A stretch of 64,000 bases of DNA from a virus (Duplodnaviria; Heunggongvirae; Uroviricota; Caudoviricetes). The stretch covers positions 26,109 through 90,108 of IMG/VR virus record IMGVR_UViG_3300033463_000062; one strand, written 5' to 3'. Positions 1 through 11,266 of this stretch are shown piece after piece. Position 1 is the stretch's first letter. Each line of letters begins with the position of its first letter. The translations under genes were made by a program, and so were the position numbers. The notes below the pieces were generated by a model that did not search any database, was not told the DNA's origin, and saw only the letters and a list, made by a program, of their open reading frames with translations.

Positions 1-84
1 AGTTTGGTATTGATGAGGGTGACGACGTCGCAGAGGCGATTTGTATCGGACTTGCATACTTAAAAGATAAGGGAGATAAGGATA

Positions 85-747
85 ATGGCAAAGAAAAAGA
101 GTAATGATACGGTTGGCGTAACCGCGGTTAAAGACTTTCTCAAAAGAGAGAAAACAAAAGAAGTAGAAAGAAACATTCGCTTAAACGGAAGCAAAGAACG
201 CGAGCTGACGATAAAGATAAAGACGGAAATTCCGTTCTCGGAGATATGCAGAATAGGGCTTGACGCTTGCGATCGCGCAGAGGAAGCAAAGCTTACCCAG
301 AACGACGGCTCACCTGTGCGGAAAGTCAGCATTGACGATTATATGCTTTGGTACACAATCATAGCGAATTTCACAAATATAAAAATAGACGGACTCGACG
401 TAGATTCAATATGGGAGCTGATAAATTTTACAGACATTAAGTCTGTGCTCAGAGCAACAATTAACAACAGGGTTCTCGAAGACCTCATAGCGTTCTTTGA
501 AGACACGATGCGCAAGCACGCCGAAGACGACACCTGGAAAAACATAGGCACGAAGCTGAGCAATTTATTAGACAAAGTGGGAAAGTCCGTAGATGAAACT
601 CTCGCGCCTGAAATAAATCAGGTTATAAAGAATTTAGAGCGCGTCGCCAACCTCCACGATGAGAAAATTATAGAGGCGGTATTTGACAATGGCACTAACG
701 GAGCGAGACATAATGCAGCTTCTGAGGGAGTACAGTCGAACTCCTGA
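85..747 (+). CDS. acidic protein directly upstream of tape measure gene; putative tail assembly chaperone by position
   Basis: 220-aa acidic ORF immediately 5' of the 1496-aa tape measure ORF; its 3' end overlaps ORF 683..1369 in the +1 frame. Confidence 0.35.
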   Translation: MAKKKSNDTVGVTAVKDFLKREKTKEVERNIRLNGSKERELTIKIKTEIPFSEICRIGLDACDRAEEAKLTQNDGSPVRKVSIDDYMLWYTIIANFTNIKIDGLDVDSIWELINFTDIKSVLRATINNRVLEDLIAFFEDTMRKHAEDDTWKNIGTKLSNLLDKVGKSVDETLAPEINQVIKNLERVANLHDEKIIEAVFDNGTNGARHNAASEGVQSNS

Positions 748-1369
748 AGGTAAAAAGCTTATAGCAGACCACGGCTATGGTTCCGGCGAAGAAGTCGACA
801 GAACTTGGCTCAAAGAACTTGCCGAAGAACTGCGTTCAGATATCAACGAGGCATTCAAAAGTGTGACCACGTCTCACGCCTATCTTACCGAAAACTTGAA
901 TTTGATAAGAATCACATCAAGGGTTGTCGGTAAAAAAGGCGCAGTTTTTACGTTGGTCTTCCCGCCTGAAGTTCTTGGACGCTTGTCCTTAGAAGGAGAA
1001 AAGAAGGTAGGCAATCACAAATATCAAGCGTATTACACGGGTAGCGTATACCACCGTGAACACGCTGCTTATTTTGACGGTCTTGACGACAGATATGGTG
1101 TTTATGACATTATAGGTTTGTTTACACACGGTTACAAAATAAGCGAAAACGCGGTTGTTCCCAAAGGACATTGGCTTTATGCAGACGCCAGTGGAGAGAT
1201 TATGGGCGAGGCTCGTATATCTTCTTCTAACAATAAAGTTAAAGCCAGAGAGTCATTGGGACAAAGCAACTTCATTCAGGTAACTATAAACAAATTTGTC
1301 CAGAGACACCGCAACGAGTTCCCCGACCTAAGGGTTGAATATCCTGCTTGGTGGGGAGGAACGAAGTAA
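683..1369 (+). CDS. hypothetical protein overlapping 85..747; possible frameshift extension of the chaperone or an independent gene (first ATG at 689)
   Basis: 228-aa ORF overlapping the previous ORF by 65 nt in a different frame, ends 13 nt before the tape measure start. Confidence 0.4.
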   Translation: MTMALTERDIMQLLREYSRTPEGKKLIADHGYGSGEEVDRTWLKELAEELRSDINEAFKSVTTSHAYLTENLNLIRITSRVVGKKGAVFTLVFPPEVLGRLSLEGEKKVGNHKYQAYYTGSVYHREHAAYFDGLDDRYGVYDIIGLFTHGYKISENAVVPKGHWLYADASGEIMGEARISSSNNKVKARESLGQSNFIQVTINKFVQRHRNEFPDLRVEYPAWWGGTK

Positions 1370-1381
1370 CGGAGAGAAGAT

Positions 1382-4300
1382 ATGGCAAAAACTCTTGACA
1401 TTCTGTTTGGCGTCAAAGGCGGGAGCAGCATCAGCGAAGGGTCTGGTAAAATCATTTACGACCAGCTTAAAGGCATTGCAAACGAAATCGCCAGCGGAAA
1501 TAATAAAGATATTTTAATACTTGGGCTAAACAAGTCTGTGACCAAAGACTTAATCACAAAGCAGCTCAACGATATAATAGGGCAAATAAAGACTAATGCC
1601 CTCAACATTGATTTAACCATAAACGGCAAAAAGTGGGACGGGTCGGGTAATGGTGGTAGTGGCGGTGGCAGTAAATACGACGCCACGAGAATGGTCAACG
1701 CTCTTACGAGACAAATGTCGGGATTTACGGCTCAAGGGAAACTGCCCGAAGGTTCCGATATGCGCAAATCGTATGAGCAGCTGTTAAAAGAATTGCAGGC
1801 TCCAAATGCCGACCTCAAACAGCTTTCTGAGCGTTGGAAAGACCTCAATCAGCAGATGAGGAACTTTGGCACGGAGTCTAATGCGGCAGTCAAACAGGCG
1901 AACTTATTGAGAAACGTGACCGACTATCTCAAAGATTACGGTGACGCGCTCAAGACTGCCGACCCCGATGTCTACAAAAAGATATCCGACCTTGCGGACA
2001 AGCTTGGTTCCGGCGCGTTCAATCCTGAAGAACTCAAAAAGTTCATTGTAGAGTTTAAAAATCTCACGTCCGAAGCTAACAATGAAGCACCGAAAATCAT
2101 ACAGTTTCTCGGGACTTTGAGCGAGAGAATCAAGCATTTTGCAATTACTCTTGCGCTCGCTGCGTTGAGAAAAGCAATACACGAGGTTTACACCAACGTC
2201 GTGCAGCTCGACAAAGCCGTGACCGACTTGCAGATCGCCTCGGGCAAAACCAGAGACGAAGTCAAGGGCATGGTCAAAGAATACTCGCAGCTTGCACAGG
2301 AACTCGGCACAACGACAACCGTTGTCGCGCAGGGCGCCGACACTTGGTTGAGGCAGGGCTACGCTGCGGCAGAAGCAACCGAATTGCTTGCCGACAGCAC
2401 GAAGCTTGCAGTCCTCGGTCAGATGGACGCGAAGGAAGCCTCCACCGCACTTACGAGCGCGATGAAGGGTTATAAAAAAGAAGTCAGCGAGGCTATCGGA
2501 ATCGTTGACAAATTCACGGCGGTTGATATGCAAGCCGCCGCAAGCGCAGGCGACATCGCAACCGCTATGGCTGAAACAGCCGTCAGCGCGAATAATACCG
2601 GCGTTTCAATGGACAAACTTATCGGTTATCTTACTGTCGTAAAGGAAGTTACGCAGGACGGAGCCGAGAGCGTGGGTACATTCTATAAAACCCTGTTTGC
2701 ACGTATGGGTAACATCAAAGCGGGAAAGTATGTATCCGACGAAGGCGAGGACTTAAACGATACAGAGAAAGTCCTCAAGAAGAACGGAATACTTCTTCGC
2801 GATTCGACAAACGAATTTCGCAACTTTGGCAGTGTTCTTGACGAGGTTGCTTCCAAATGGCAGAACTTCGACAGCGTAACACAGCACGCAATCGCCACCG
2901 CGTTTGCGGGTACAAGGCAGCAGGAAAAGTTCTTCGTTCTTATGGAGAATTACGGCACCGCACTTGAATATGAAGCGGTTGCGGCTGAGTCTGCGGGAAC
3001 TGCAAACAAGAAATACACCGAGGCGTATCTTGACAGCATAGAAGCAAGAAAGAACGCTATGACTGCGGCATACGAAAGTCTGTCGCAAACGATTTTGAAT
3101 AGCGAAGCGATAAAGACGGCATACGAGTGGATAACAGTGATTATCAACGCGCTTGATTATTTGCTAAACGACCAGTTGGGCGGTGCGCTTGTACGTTCTA
3201 CGGCGTTATTTGCACTGGTGTATAAGGGAATTCCGTTTCTTGTTTCTGGTTTGCAAAACATCAAACAAGCGATATCCGCGATTATACCCAATATACTAAG
3301 TATGACAACGGCAACAGATGGAGCGGCAGTTTCAGCAGCAGCTCTTTCGTCTGCGTGGCAGGGAGTATTTGCGATAGTCGGACTTGCTATAGCGCTTATA
3401 ACCGCTATAACTGGGGCTATTAAACGCTATCAACAAGAGCAACACGATGCGAACCTCGCCGCTATAGAATCGTGGAAACAAGGCAAGGACAACGCAGACC
3501 AGCTTAGAAAGTTATATGACCAGTATAGAAAACTTCGTCCAGAAACGGCAGAATACAAATCTGTCGAAGAAAAACTGTTAGAATTACTTGGAGACAAGAC
3601 CGAGGCACTTGAGGGGTTGACAAAGGGAACCGACGATTATCGCGAGGCAATCCTTAATTTAACCGAAGCCGAGCTCAATGAAGCGATGGTCAGAAGTGCG
3701 AATTCAGCAGAGGCAGCGACTAAGGAAGTTTCCAAGAGACACTATTTTGATTATGCGGGACTTGAGGAATATGGGGATGTTCAGCGCGACATGATGCTGC
3801 TTGGATATTCTGATAGCTCAGATCCGAACTCTACAAGAAGAGCTCTCTCTTCAATGTTCTCGTCAAGTGGCAAATCTGTTTTGCAATATAATCTTGACAC
3901 TTTTAACGCGGTCAATAACGCAAAAGAACAATTGATTAAATCAGCCCGAGAAGACTTGCGCACGGGAAAAATCACTGTATCTGAATATAAGAACAGATTG
4001 CGGTCTCAACTGCTAAAAATGTTTGATACGTATTTAGCCGAGTCTCGCTCATCAATAGAAGACTTCTTTGAGAGCAATGTTGCAGAGTATGTGCAGTCTT
4101 TTCTGCTTGTTAACGACTTATCAGGACTGTATAACAAAGAGGATTTGGATGCTGCTAAGGAGTTTGTAAAAGACAATTTTTACGACTCATTTGACATAAA
4201 AGCTTCAGACTTTGTTACTACAATGTTAACCAGCGCTGTCGACAAGTGGTTTGAGGAAGCGGCGTCAAACAAGACTGAGTCTATTGCTGAAGTGTGGCAA

Positions 4301-5872
4301 ACTCTGTCTGATACGCTTAATAGCGACGAACTCAAAAACGCCACATCAGCAGTTTCCGAGCTCTCGTCCGCCATTGAGGAAATGGATGGATCGGGCAGGA
4401 TCTCTCTCGATACGGCTCAAAAACTTGCAGAACTTGGCGAGGAGTACGTTAACGCTATAACCGTGGAAAACGGAGCCTTGCGTGTAAACACCGACATATT
4501 GAGAAGTCTTACAATTAAAAAGTTGGAAGACGCTCGGGCGACCGCAATACAGAACAACGCTACTGCCGAAACAATTAAGTTGTACGATAAGCTGATTGCT
4601 GACGCAAAGAAACTGGGCTCTGGAGACTATCTCGATAGAGCGTTAAGCTTACGTGAATATAAAGACACGATACTCGAGTTTGCCGGTGGTGCCGACTATG
4701 ACAACATAAGACTTGAAGACTATTATCGGAATATCGTCGATATTCGCAAGCAAATAGAATACTTGCGCAATAACGGAGCGGGTTATGACGACCCCGAGCT
4801 CATGGAAAAATATAAACAGTATATCGAGTATTCGGAAAAGTGGCTTGCACTGCAGAAGGAAATCATCGGCAATGACAACGATGCTTATAAAGAAAGCATA
4901 GAAAAACAAAACGAAGCTTTAGATAAACAGAAAGATTTGCTTGACGACATCCTCGACGCTCGCAAGAAGGCTTTGCAGTTAACAAAAGACGAGAACAGTT
5001 ATCAGAAAGAACTCGCCTCTAAGCAGAAAAAGGTTGCGGACTTACAGACGCAGCTTATAACCGCTCGTCTCGACACGTCTGCATCCGGCAGAGCCCGCGT
5101 TCGTGCTCTTGAATCTGAGTTACAGAAAGCCCAAGAGGAGCTTGACGACTTCAATCTCGAACACGCGATTGATATCGTGAGCGATAAACTTGACGCCGAG
5201 AGAGAAGAAAACGAGTCAATATACCAAAGACAAAAGGCTAATAACGAAGCTCTGCTCAACGCATACATTACAGAGCATGAGGCGGAACTCAAAGACCTTA
5301 AGGACAAACTGCTCGAAGATTATGATATTGTTGGCACAGCTCTTGGCAATTTGGCGACCGAAGAAAACAATGTCGTCAGCGAGCTTCAAGGCATTGATGC
5401 AACAATACAGAAAATCGAGGAGAAAATCGGCAAAGACAACTTAGCATCTCAAGGAACAGAGCATTTCGTAACCGACTATTATTGGAACGGCAAGGGCGAA
5501 GATTACTGGAGGCGTAAGGAAGAACAAGTTTACGGCAAGATAGAGAAACATCACTCTGGCGGCATAGTAAGCGACCTCAAACTCAAGGACAACGAAACCT
5601 TCGCTAAGCTGATGAAGGGCGAATACGTTGCAACACCCGAACAGATGTCGCGTTTCTTAAACAGCACGCTTCCGAAAATGGCGTCTGTTAAGCCCGGAAA
5701 CGAATTCTATGCTCCGCTCGTCTCGATTCAAGTCGATTCGGTCAACAACGAAACGATGCCGAAGCTCGAAGCTCTTGTCAAGAGGGCTGCGGACAAAATC
5801 AAATCCGATATCACCTCGGCATTTGATAAAACAGGTTACAGAGGCACGACCAAAAAGGTCTTATCATATTAA
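1382..5872 (+). CDS. tail tape measure protein
   Basis: 1496 aa, Gly/Ser-rich N-terminal stretch, central hydrophobic TM-like segments, long coiled-coil Glu/Lys/Leu-rich C-terminal half, position before Dit/Tal genes. Confidence 0.85.
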   Translation: MAKTLDILFGVKGGSSISEGSGKIIYDQLKGIANEIASGNNKDILILGLNKSVTKDLITKQLNDIIGQIKTNALNIDLTINGKKWDGSGNGGSGGGSKYDATRMVNALTRQMSGFTAQGKLPEGSDMRKSYEQLLKELQAPNADLKQLSERWKDLNQQMRNFGTESNAAVKQANLLRNVTDYLKDYGDALKTADPDVYKKISDLADKLGSGAFNPEELKKFIVEFKNLTSEANNEAPKIIQFLGTLSERIKHFAITLALAALRKAIHEVYTNVVQLDKAVTDLQIASGKTRDEVKGMVKEYSQLAQELGTTTTVVAQGADTWLRQGYAAAEATELLADSTKLAVLGQMDAKEASTALTSAMKGYKKEVSEAIGIVDKFTAVDMQAAASAGDIATAMAETAVSANNTGVSMDKLIGYLTVVKEVTQDGAESVGTFYKTLFARMGNIKAGKYVSDEGEDLNDTEKVLKKNGILLRDSTNEFRNFGSVLDEVASKWQNFDSVTQHAIATAFAGTRQQEKFFVLMENYGTALEYEAVAAESAGTANKKYTEAYLDSIEARKNAMTAAYESLSQTILNSEAIKTAYEWITVIINALDYLLNDQLGGALVRSTALFALVYKGIPFLVSGLQNIKQAISAIIPNILSMTTATDGAAVSAAALSSAWQGVFAIVGLAIALITAITGAIKRYQQEQHDANLAAIESWKQGKDNADQLRKLYDQYRKLRPETAEYKSVEEKLLELLGDKTEALEGLTKGTDDYREAILNLTEAELNEAMVRSANSAEAATKEVSKRHYFDYAGLEEYGDVQRDMMLLGYSDSSDPNSTRRALSSMFSSSGKSVLQYNLDTFNAVNNAKEQLIKSAREDLRTGKITVSEYKNRLRSQLLKMFDTYLAESRSSIEDFFESNVAEYVQSFLLVNDLSGLYNKEDLDAAKEFVKDNFYDSFDIKASDFVTTMLTSAVDKWFEEAASNKTESIAEVWQTLSDTLNSDELKNATSAVSELSSAIEEMDGSGRISLDTAQKLAELGEEYVNAITVENGALRVNTDILRSLTIKKLEDARATAIQNNATAETIKLYDKLIADAKKLGSGDYLDRALSLREYKDTILEFAGGADYDNIRLEDYYRNIVDIRKQIEYLRNNGAGYDDPELMEKYKQYIEYSEKWLALQKEIIGNDNDAYKESIEKQNEALDKQKDLLDDILDARKKALQLTKDENSYQKELASKQKKVADLQTQLITARLDTSASGRARVRALESELQKAQEELDDFNLEHAIDIVSDKLDAEREENESIYQRQKANNEALLNAYITEHEAELKDLKDKLLEDYDIVGTALGNLATEENNVVSELQGIDATIQKIEEKIGKDNLASQGTEHFVTDYYWNGKGEDYWRRKEEQVYGKIEKHHSGGIVSDLKLKDNETFAKLMKGEYVATPEQMSRFLNSTLPKMASVKPGNEFYAPLVSIQVDSVNNETMPKLEALVKRAADKIKSDITSAFDKTGYRGTTKKVLSY

Positions 5873-5935
5873 CAAACAATGGAGCCGTCTGGCAATGCGG
5901 GCGGCTCCCCACATTAAAAATCAAAGGAAAGTTTT

Positions 5936-6736
5936 ATGTTTAGCGGTTTGAGTTTTTCATACGACGGAGAACTTTCGAGAGATTACGGTATAGCAATCCT
6001 TGATTTCGAGGGAACCGGCAAATTCAATACGAATATACTCTCCGCCACGGTCGGCGCGACCAAGCCTGCGTTATCGCGCAGATTTTTTCACGCTGGCTCA
6101 AAGATTGAAGCTCCGCCTCAGTTTGAACTGACGGTTGTAAGCGAGACGGCGCTTGACGACGAAAGACGCCGCGCAATTCTCGCGTGGTTATATAACCGAG
6201 GCGACTTTAAAATATTCAAAGTCTTCCAACCCGATTTGGAAGGCTATTATTATAAGTGCGTGTTTACAGACGTTTCTGCGATTCAGATAAACGGCAAATA
6301 CTACGGATTCACGTTCACGGGTATGTTTGACTCTCCGTATCAGTACGGTGAGCCTTCAATCGTTGAAACGACGCTGTCCGGCACAAGCACTTCATTTGCG
6401 GTACTGAACGAATCGGATATTCCAGACAGGTTTGTATATCCGAAAATCACACTGACTACCAACACATCAAACTACGGTATCATTGCTATTTATAATAGCG
6501 ATAACGTGCTAACCGCAACCCGAACAATGTATTTGAATTCGGTTGCTCCGCAGGAAACCCTCGCGATAGACTGCGAGCTGAAACTCATAAAGTCCAACAT
6601 AAGGACGTTCCCGATGTCTACGTTCGGCGGTCAATGGGTAAAGTTCAACAAGGGCTTTAACACCGTCGGTATATCGGCACCGGCTAATACAACGATAAGA
6701 GTAGAATGTCCTGAATATTCACTTGTCGGATTCTAA
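5936..6736 (+). CDS. distal tail protein (Dit)-like
   Basis: 266 aa, immediately after TMP and before the large Tal-like gene; order typical of siphovirus tail tip genes. Confidence 0.55.
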   Translation: MFSGLSFSYDGELSRDYGIAILDFEGTGKFNTNILSATVGATKPALSRRFFHAGSKIEAPPQFELTVVSETALDDERRRAILAWLYNRGDFKIFKVFQPDLEGYYYKCVFTDVSAIQINGKYYGFTFTGMFDSPYQYGEPSIVETTLSGTSTSFAVLNESDIPDRFVYPKITLTTNTSNYGIIAIYNSDNVLTATRTMYLNSVAPQETLAIDCELKLIKSNIRTFPMSTFGGQWVKFNKGFNTVGISAPANTTIRVECPEYSLVGF

Positions 6737-6745
6737 GGAGGATAT

Positions 6746-9700
6746 ATGGTAATATCATACGGCAATATAAAAAACATCGACGATATGGACATATATCTGT
6801 GTAAGCCGACAGAGGAACGGGTGGCGTGTATTCTCGCAACCGACAAAGTCTTCTCTGCTTGTTTCAACGACCTCTCGACCTTCACGATGAATGTTCACTA
6901 CGGTAACCACTCCGAAAGCTATTACGACCTGATAGAAACAATGAAACTTCTGGAGGTTACGGGGATCGGATATTTCCAGATTACCGTGGCACAGGAGCAC
7001 GAAGACGGCGCGGATAAATACAAAGAGATAACCGCAGAATCGTTGCAGACTGTGTTTAAACGCTTCGGTATAGATATACAAAACAAAACGTATTGCCTGT
7101 ATAATACCGCAGCGCCTACGGCTACGCTCGCACAGAACCAGAACGACGACACGTTCATACCGTCAATTGTTGCAGAGCTTGTAAGTCAGGTTGGAGTGGC
7201 TCTCGATTTGAACATAGTCGACACTACGCCGACCGTGAAATACGACGAGTGGACTATCACGTATATCTCCGATTCGTTGAAATATGCGACAGGCGGTACC
7301 GGCATTTGTCGCACAATGGACGAGAATGTAGATTTTGCCTATGATTTACTTGTCGGAAAAGTTGAAGAAGCTTTTGGCTGTGTGGTGTCATTCGATTATA
7401 TGTATAAGACGATTAAGTTTTATGATATGACGAATATCGCACAGCAGAAAAATGCTTATTTGTCGTTTGACAATTTTACAACCGATATGCAAGTCGAAGA
7501 AAACGCAGACGATATTGTCACGGTTCTCCGTTGTGAAGGCGACGGGGTAGACATATCTCTCGTTAACCCGACAGGTGCGGGCTATATCACGGACTTCTCG
7601 TACTATAAAGACGCAGTCAATCACAAATGGATGTCAGCAGAATTGATAGCAAAGCTCAACGCGTGGGAAGCGGACATTGCTTCAAATAAGTCCACGTATG
7701 AGGGTTTGGTTTTGTCATACAGAAACGCTCTCGCTGATATTCAGATCTATGAGACAGACTTAACAAACAGAACAAAAATCATACAGGATATGCAAGTCGG
7801 ACGCGACAAATACGCCGAGGCTGCGGCAAGCGACCCCGATACTTCTCTCGCTCATTCCGTTGCAATAGGCGAAACGGTTGATGTCGGGACAAAAAGTTTG
7901 GCAAGCACATCAGATTTCTACAATTCGGCGTTTTCTGCTTCTTCGGTAATAATGGCATATAACACTGCGCCGACTTGGGATTCCGCTCAGGCAAAATTCG
8001 TATTTAGCGGAAGCTCTTATCTGGGGTATGCAAGCCAAGCCTACAACTTGGGCTATTATTATTTCGCAGACGGCGACGCGTCACGCTCATACTGTAAACT
8101 CAAGGCAAAATATAATACATCGACTTCAACATACGATGTTATAGCGTTTGACAGATTTGTGGCTTATAAATATCTCGGAGCATTCACCACGCTTCAAGAA
8201 AAGAAAGCGGCATCTATCAAATCTGCTATGAATGCCAAACAGACCATAGCAGACGGTTATGCTCTCAGTATGAAGACAATATCCAACGCGTTAAACATCG
8301 CTTCGTTCTTCAGCGACACTCCTGACTTATATAAAGAACTCAAGCGTTACTGGATAGAAGGCAATTACAACGATTCGAGCATAGCCGTACACGATACAAC
8401 AACTATCGCCGAGCAGATAGACCTTGCGAACGAACTGCTCGCAAACGGCGCGACAGAGCTTTCGAAAGTCTGTCAACCACGTTTCAAGTTGAGCATTCAA
8501 GGCGTCAACTGCTTCGCAAACGAGGAACTGAGAGACATAGCAGACACGCTTAATCTCGGAGACGTTCTCGTCGTAGAGCGCGACGAGAATACAAAGTATT
8601 ATCCTGTGCTGTTAAAGATTACATTTAACTTTGACGATCCCGAACAGCTTCAGCTTGACTTGGGTAACTCCCTGCGTCTTGACGACTGGGGTTACACAAT
8701 GGCTGACATGATTACAAGCTCGGCGCAAACGTCTCGCGGCGTAAGCTCTAACTGGCAGGAGATTATTGCGTTCTCAAACGAGCGCAGTAAAATGTACGAC
8801 TTGATTGCAAATCCTCTCGATTCAGCTCTCAGGGCGGCAAACAAAAATATGACGAACCAGAATTTCACAGTTGATACGACCGGTATTCTCGGCAGAGTCA
8901 TAACAGAAAATCAAGGAGTTACCGATATTTCCGATAAGCAGATTCGTATTTTGAATAATATGATTCTCTTCACCCGCGACAACTGGGAAACGGCAGCCGC
9001 GGCATTCGGAGAAATCACGCTTCCGGGAACTCAGCAGCAGGCTTACGGTCTTGTAGCTGAAGCTATTATCGGCAAGCTCTTAATGGGCGAATCGCTTTAT
9101 ATCTCCAACGCGAACAGTTCGATAGTTTTAGACGGCTCTGGAATTACGATAACAATTGCCGAGTACAGTTCTACATCGACATACGCGATAGGGGATTATT
9201 GCATTTACAGTGGCTATGTCTACATCTGCAGCACTACGATTTCAACGCCCGAAGCGTTTAATTTGCTTCACTGGACTCTATCGAGCATCAGCTCGGGAAG
9301 CGCTTATGTGTTCCGCGCAGATACAAGAGGAAATCTGACAGCAAGAGGCACGATATATTCTTCGGCAGGACAAATCGGTGGCTTTACCATAGCGTCGTCT
9401 AAACTGTATTCCGGAAAAACGTCGTATAGCAGCAATACAAACGGTGTGTATCTCGGTACAGACGGCATAGGATTAGGCAAGCAAGCTTTCTATGTCACGA
9501 GCGCGGGCAAATTAACTGCAAACGAAGCGGTTATCAGAGGCAAAGTTACGGCAAATGACTTTTCTGTTTCCAACACTTTAAGCGCTAAAAACGGCGTACT
9601 TACAGTCGAGTGTGATGCAGACTTTCAAAATAAAACATTATCTGCGGGCACACTTAACTTGGAAACGAAAGCCAATATCGCTGAAATTCAGGGAACGTCG

Positions 9701-10525
9701 TCTTTAGGTGGTACAACGAGTTCAGCAAGCATAAAAATTACTGGCACGTATTCAAGCGAAAGCACATCTGACGGTACGGTTACACTGGCTTTCACTTATT
9801 CGGATATATCAAACTGGAGCAGCACGAACGGCGAATATGCGGACATGTATATTGTATCTCAGTATAATGACCGTTATGTAAGCGACAAAATCTCAATATT
9901 CGTTGCGCCAACTGCTGGAGCCAGAATATCGTCGGGAACTTATAGGATCAGTGGAATCTCGTTCTGTGGGCTAAGTTCTTCTCCTGTAACAGACCCGTCT
10001 GTTGACCCGAGTTCGGGAAGCCAAACCGTTACAAAAACAGTCACGGCGTCGTATACAAGCGGCGGCACCCTAAACGTACTCAAGATTACATACGGCACGA
10101 CTATAGCTCCTACCGTTACCAGCGGAGCGCCAGGGTTCAGTTCATATTTGGGTTCTGCAAACTACAGGTGGGACACCGTTTATTGCTTACGAGTCGACCA
10201 GTCCTCCTCTCGTGACACTAAAGACAAAATTGAGCTTTTGTCTGATCCGTATGAAAAATTCTTCGATAACCTCAAGCCGAGGTCTTTTTTAATGAAGTCG
10301 GATGAGAGCGGAAGAAGACATTACGGATTTATTGTCGACGAGGTTGTGGCTGCTGCGAAAGACGCAGGAATAGACGACTGCGGTTTGTATTCGCTTATGG
10401 ATGCAAAAGACCCGTACAAGAATGGTTCTCTGTCGTACAGTGAGTTTATTGCTCTCAATACGTGGGAGATACAAAAACTTAAGGCTCGAATTGACGAGCT
10501 TGAAAAATACAATTTAAGGGGATAA
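6746..10525 (+). CDS. tail-associated protein / tail fibre (Tal-like) with C-terminal intramolecular chaperone (peptidase S74-like) domain
   Basis: 1259 aa after Dit; strong RBS AGGAGG; C-terminal ~120 aa contains SSRDTKDKIELL motif resembling the Ser-Lys autoproteolytic chaperone domain of tail fibres/endosialidases; Thr/Ser/Gly-rich fibre-like repeats. Confidence 0.7.
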   Translation: MVISYGNIKNIDDMDIYLCKPTEERVACILATDKVFSACFNDLSTFTMNVHYGNHSESYYDLIETMKLLEVTGIGYFQITVAQEHEDGADKYKEITAESLQTVFKRFGIDIQNKTYCLYNTAAPTATLAQNQNDDTFIPSIVAELVSQVGVALDLNIVDTTPTVKYDEWTITYISDSLKYATGGTGICRTMDENVDFAYDLLVGKVEEAFGCVVSFDYMYKTIKFYDMTNIAQQKNAYLSFDNFTTDMQVEENADDIVTVLRCEGDGVDISLVNPTGAGYITDFSYYKDAVNHKWMSAELIAKLNAWEADIASNKSTYEGLVLSYRNALADIQIYETDLTNRTKIIQDMQVGRDKYAEAAASDPDTSLAHSVAIGETVDVGTKSLASTSDFYNSAFSASSVIMAYNTAPTWDSAQAKFVFSGSSYLGYASQAYNLGYYYFADGDASRSYCKLKAKYNTSTSTYDVIAFDRFVAYKYLGAFTTLQEKKAASIKSAMNAKQTIADGYALSMKTISNALNIASFFSDTPDLYKELKRYWIEGNYNDSSIAVHDTTTIAEQIDLANELLANGATELSKVCQPRFKLSIQGVNCFANEELRDIADTLNLGDVLVVERDENTKYYPVLLKITFNFDDPEQLQLDLGNSLRLDDWGYTMADMITSSAQTSRGVSSNWQEIIAFSNERSKMYDLIANPLDSALRAANKNMTNQNFTVDTTGILGRVITENQGVTDISDKQIRILNNMILFTRDNWETAAAAFGEITLPGTQQQAYGLVAEAIIGKLLMGESLYISNANSSIVLDGSGITITIAEYSSTSTYAIGDYCIYSGYVYICSTTISTPEAFNLLHWTLSSISSGSAYVFRADTRGNLTARGTIYSSAGQIGGFTIASSKLYSGKTSYSSNTNGVYLGTDGIGLGKQAFYVTSAGKLTANEAVIRGKVTANDFSVSNTLSAKNGVLTVECDADFQNKTLSAGTLNLETKANIAEIQGTSSLGGTTSSASIKITGTYSSESTSDGTVTLAFTYSDISNWSSTNGEYADMYIVSQYNDRYVSDKISIFVAPTAGARISSGTYRISGISFCGLSSSPVTDPSVDPSSGSQTVTKTVTASYTSGGTLNVLKITYGTTIAPTVTSGAPGFSSYLGSANYRWDTVYCLRVDQSSSRDTKDKIELLSDPYEKFFDNLKPRSFLMKSDESGRRHYGFIVDEVVAAAKDAGIDDCGLYSLMDAKDPYKNGSLSYSEFIALNTWEIQKLKARIDELEKYNLRG

Positions 10526-10527
10526 GG

Positions 10528-10905
10528 ATGTTATTAAAAGACGTAGTGGAAGCAAGAGACGTTCTCAAGCGGATTTGCACTAAAAATTGCAAGCCGAAGC
10601 TCGCATACACCATAATGAAGATTTTGAAAGAAACAGAAGACAGCGAGAACTTTTACATAGAAAAGTATCGCGCCATTATGGACGAATGTGCGCAGAAGAA
10701 CGAGGACGGCTCTTTCGTACAAAACAACGGATTATTTGTATTGAAGGACGATCACAAAGAATTGTTCGACAAAAAAATGGAGGAGCTTTGTGCGTTAGAA
10801 ATTGACGACATAAACAGAAAAATCAAGCTCTCCGATTTGGACGACTCTTTGAAGCTCTCTCCCGCAGATATGTATAGTCTGGATATACTGATTATGGAGG
10901 AATAA
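10528..10905 (+). CDS. hypothetical protein
   Basis: 125-aa ORF abutting Tal stop, co-directional. Confidence 0.45.
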   Translation: MLLKDVVEARDVLKRICTKNCKPKLAYTIMKILKETEDSENFYIEKYRAIMDECAQKNEDGSFVQNNGLFVLKDDHKELFDKKMEELCALEIDDINRKIKLSDLDDSLKLSPADMYSLDILIMEE

Positions 10906-10907
10906 TA

Positions 10908-11249
10908 ATGCAACCTATTAAAATTGTGAGAGGGACGTCAATGGATATTAACGTCACTATCAGAGACGCGAACGGTGATGTTGTCACTCTCGGTGAAGGA
11001 GAGTTTCTCCGTTTTGGTGTTAAGAAAGACGCGAGCGATACCGCGTATCTCATACAAAAGACGATAGACTCGTCGGCGCAGGTTGGCGACGGATATATAA
11101 TTTCGCTTATACCGAGCGATACGATGTCCTTGAATTTTGGACGCTATAATTACGACATAGGCTTACAGAGCGGCACCGACTACTATATGGTAGTTGATTG
11201 CAGCTGGTTCGACGTGGCGGCTAACATAACGAAATACGCCGCTGTTTAA
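10908..11249 (+). CDS. hypothetical tail-associated protein
   Basis: 113-aa ORF in tail fibre cluster. Confidence 0.45.
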   Translation: MQPIKIVRGTSMDINVTIRDANGDVVTLGEGEFLRFGVKKDASDTAYLIQKTIDSSAQVGDGYIISLIPSDTMSLNFGRYNYDIGLQSGTDYYMVVDCSWFDVAANITKYAAV

Positions 11250-11266
11250 ACAACAAGGAGGTTACT

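Noticed and set aside
1904-5307. Several minus-strand ORFs (e.g. 1904..2533, 2753..3088, 5002..5307) inside the tape measure gene
   Set aside because: Antisense to a long, well-supported coding region with no RBS or context; typical spurious ORFs.
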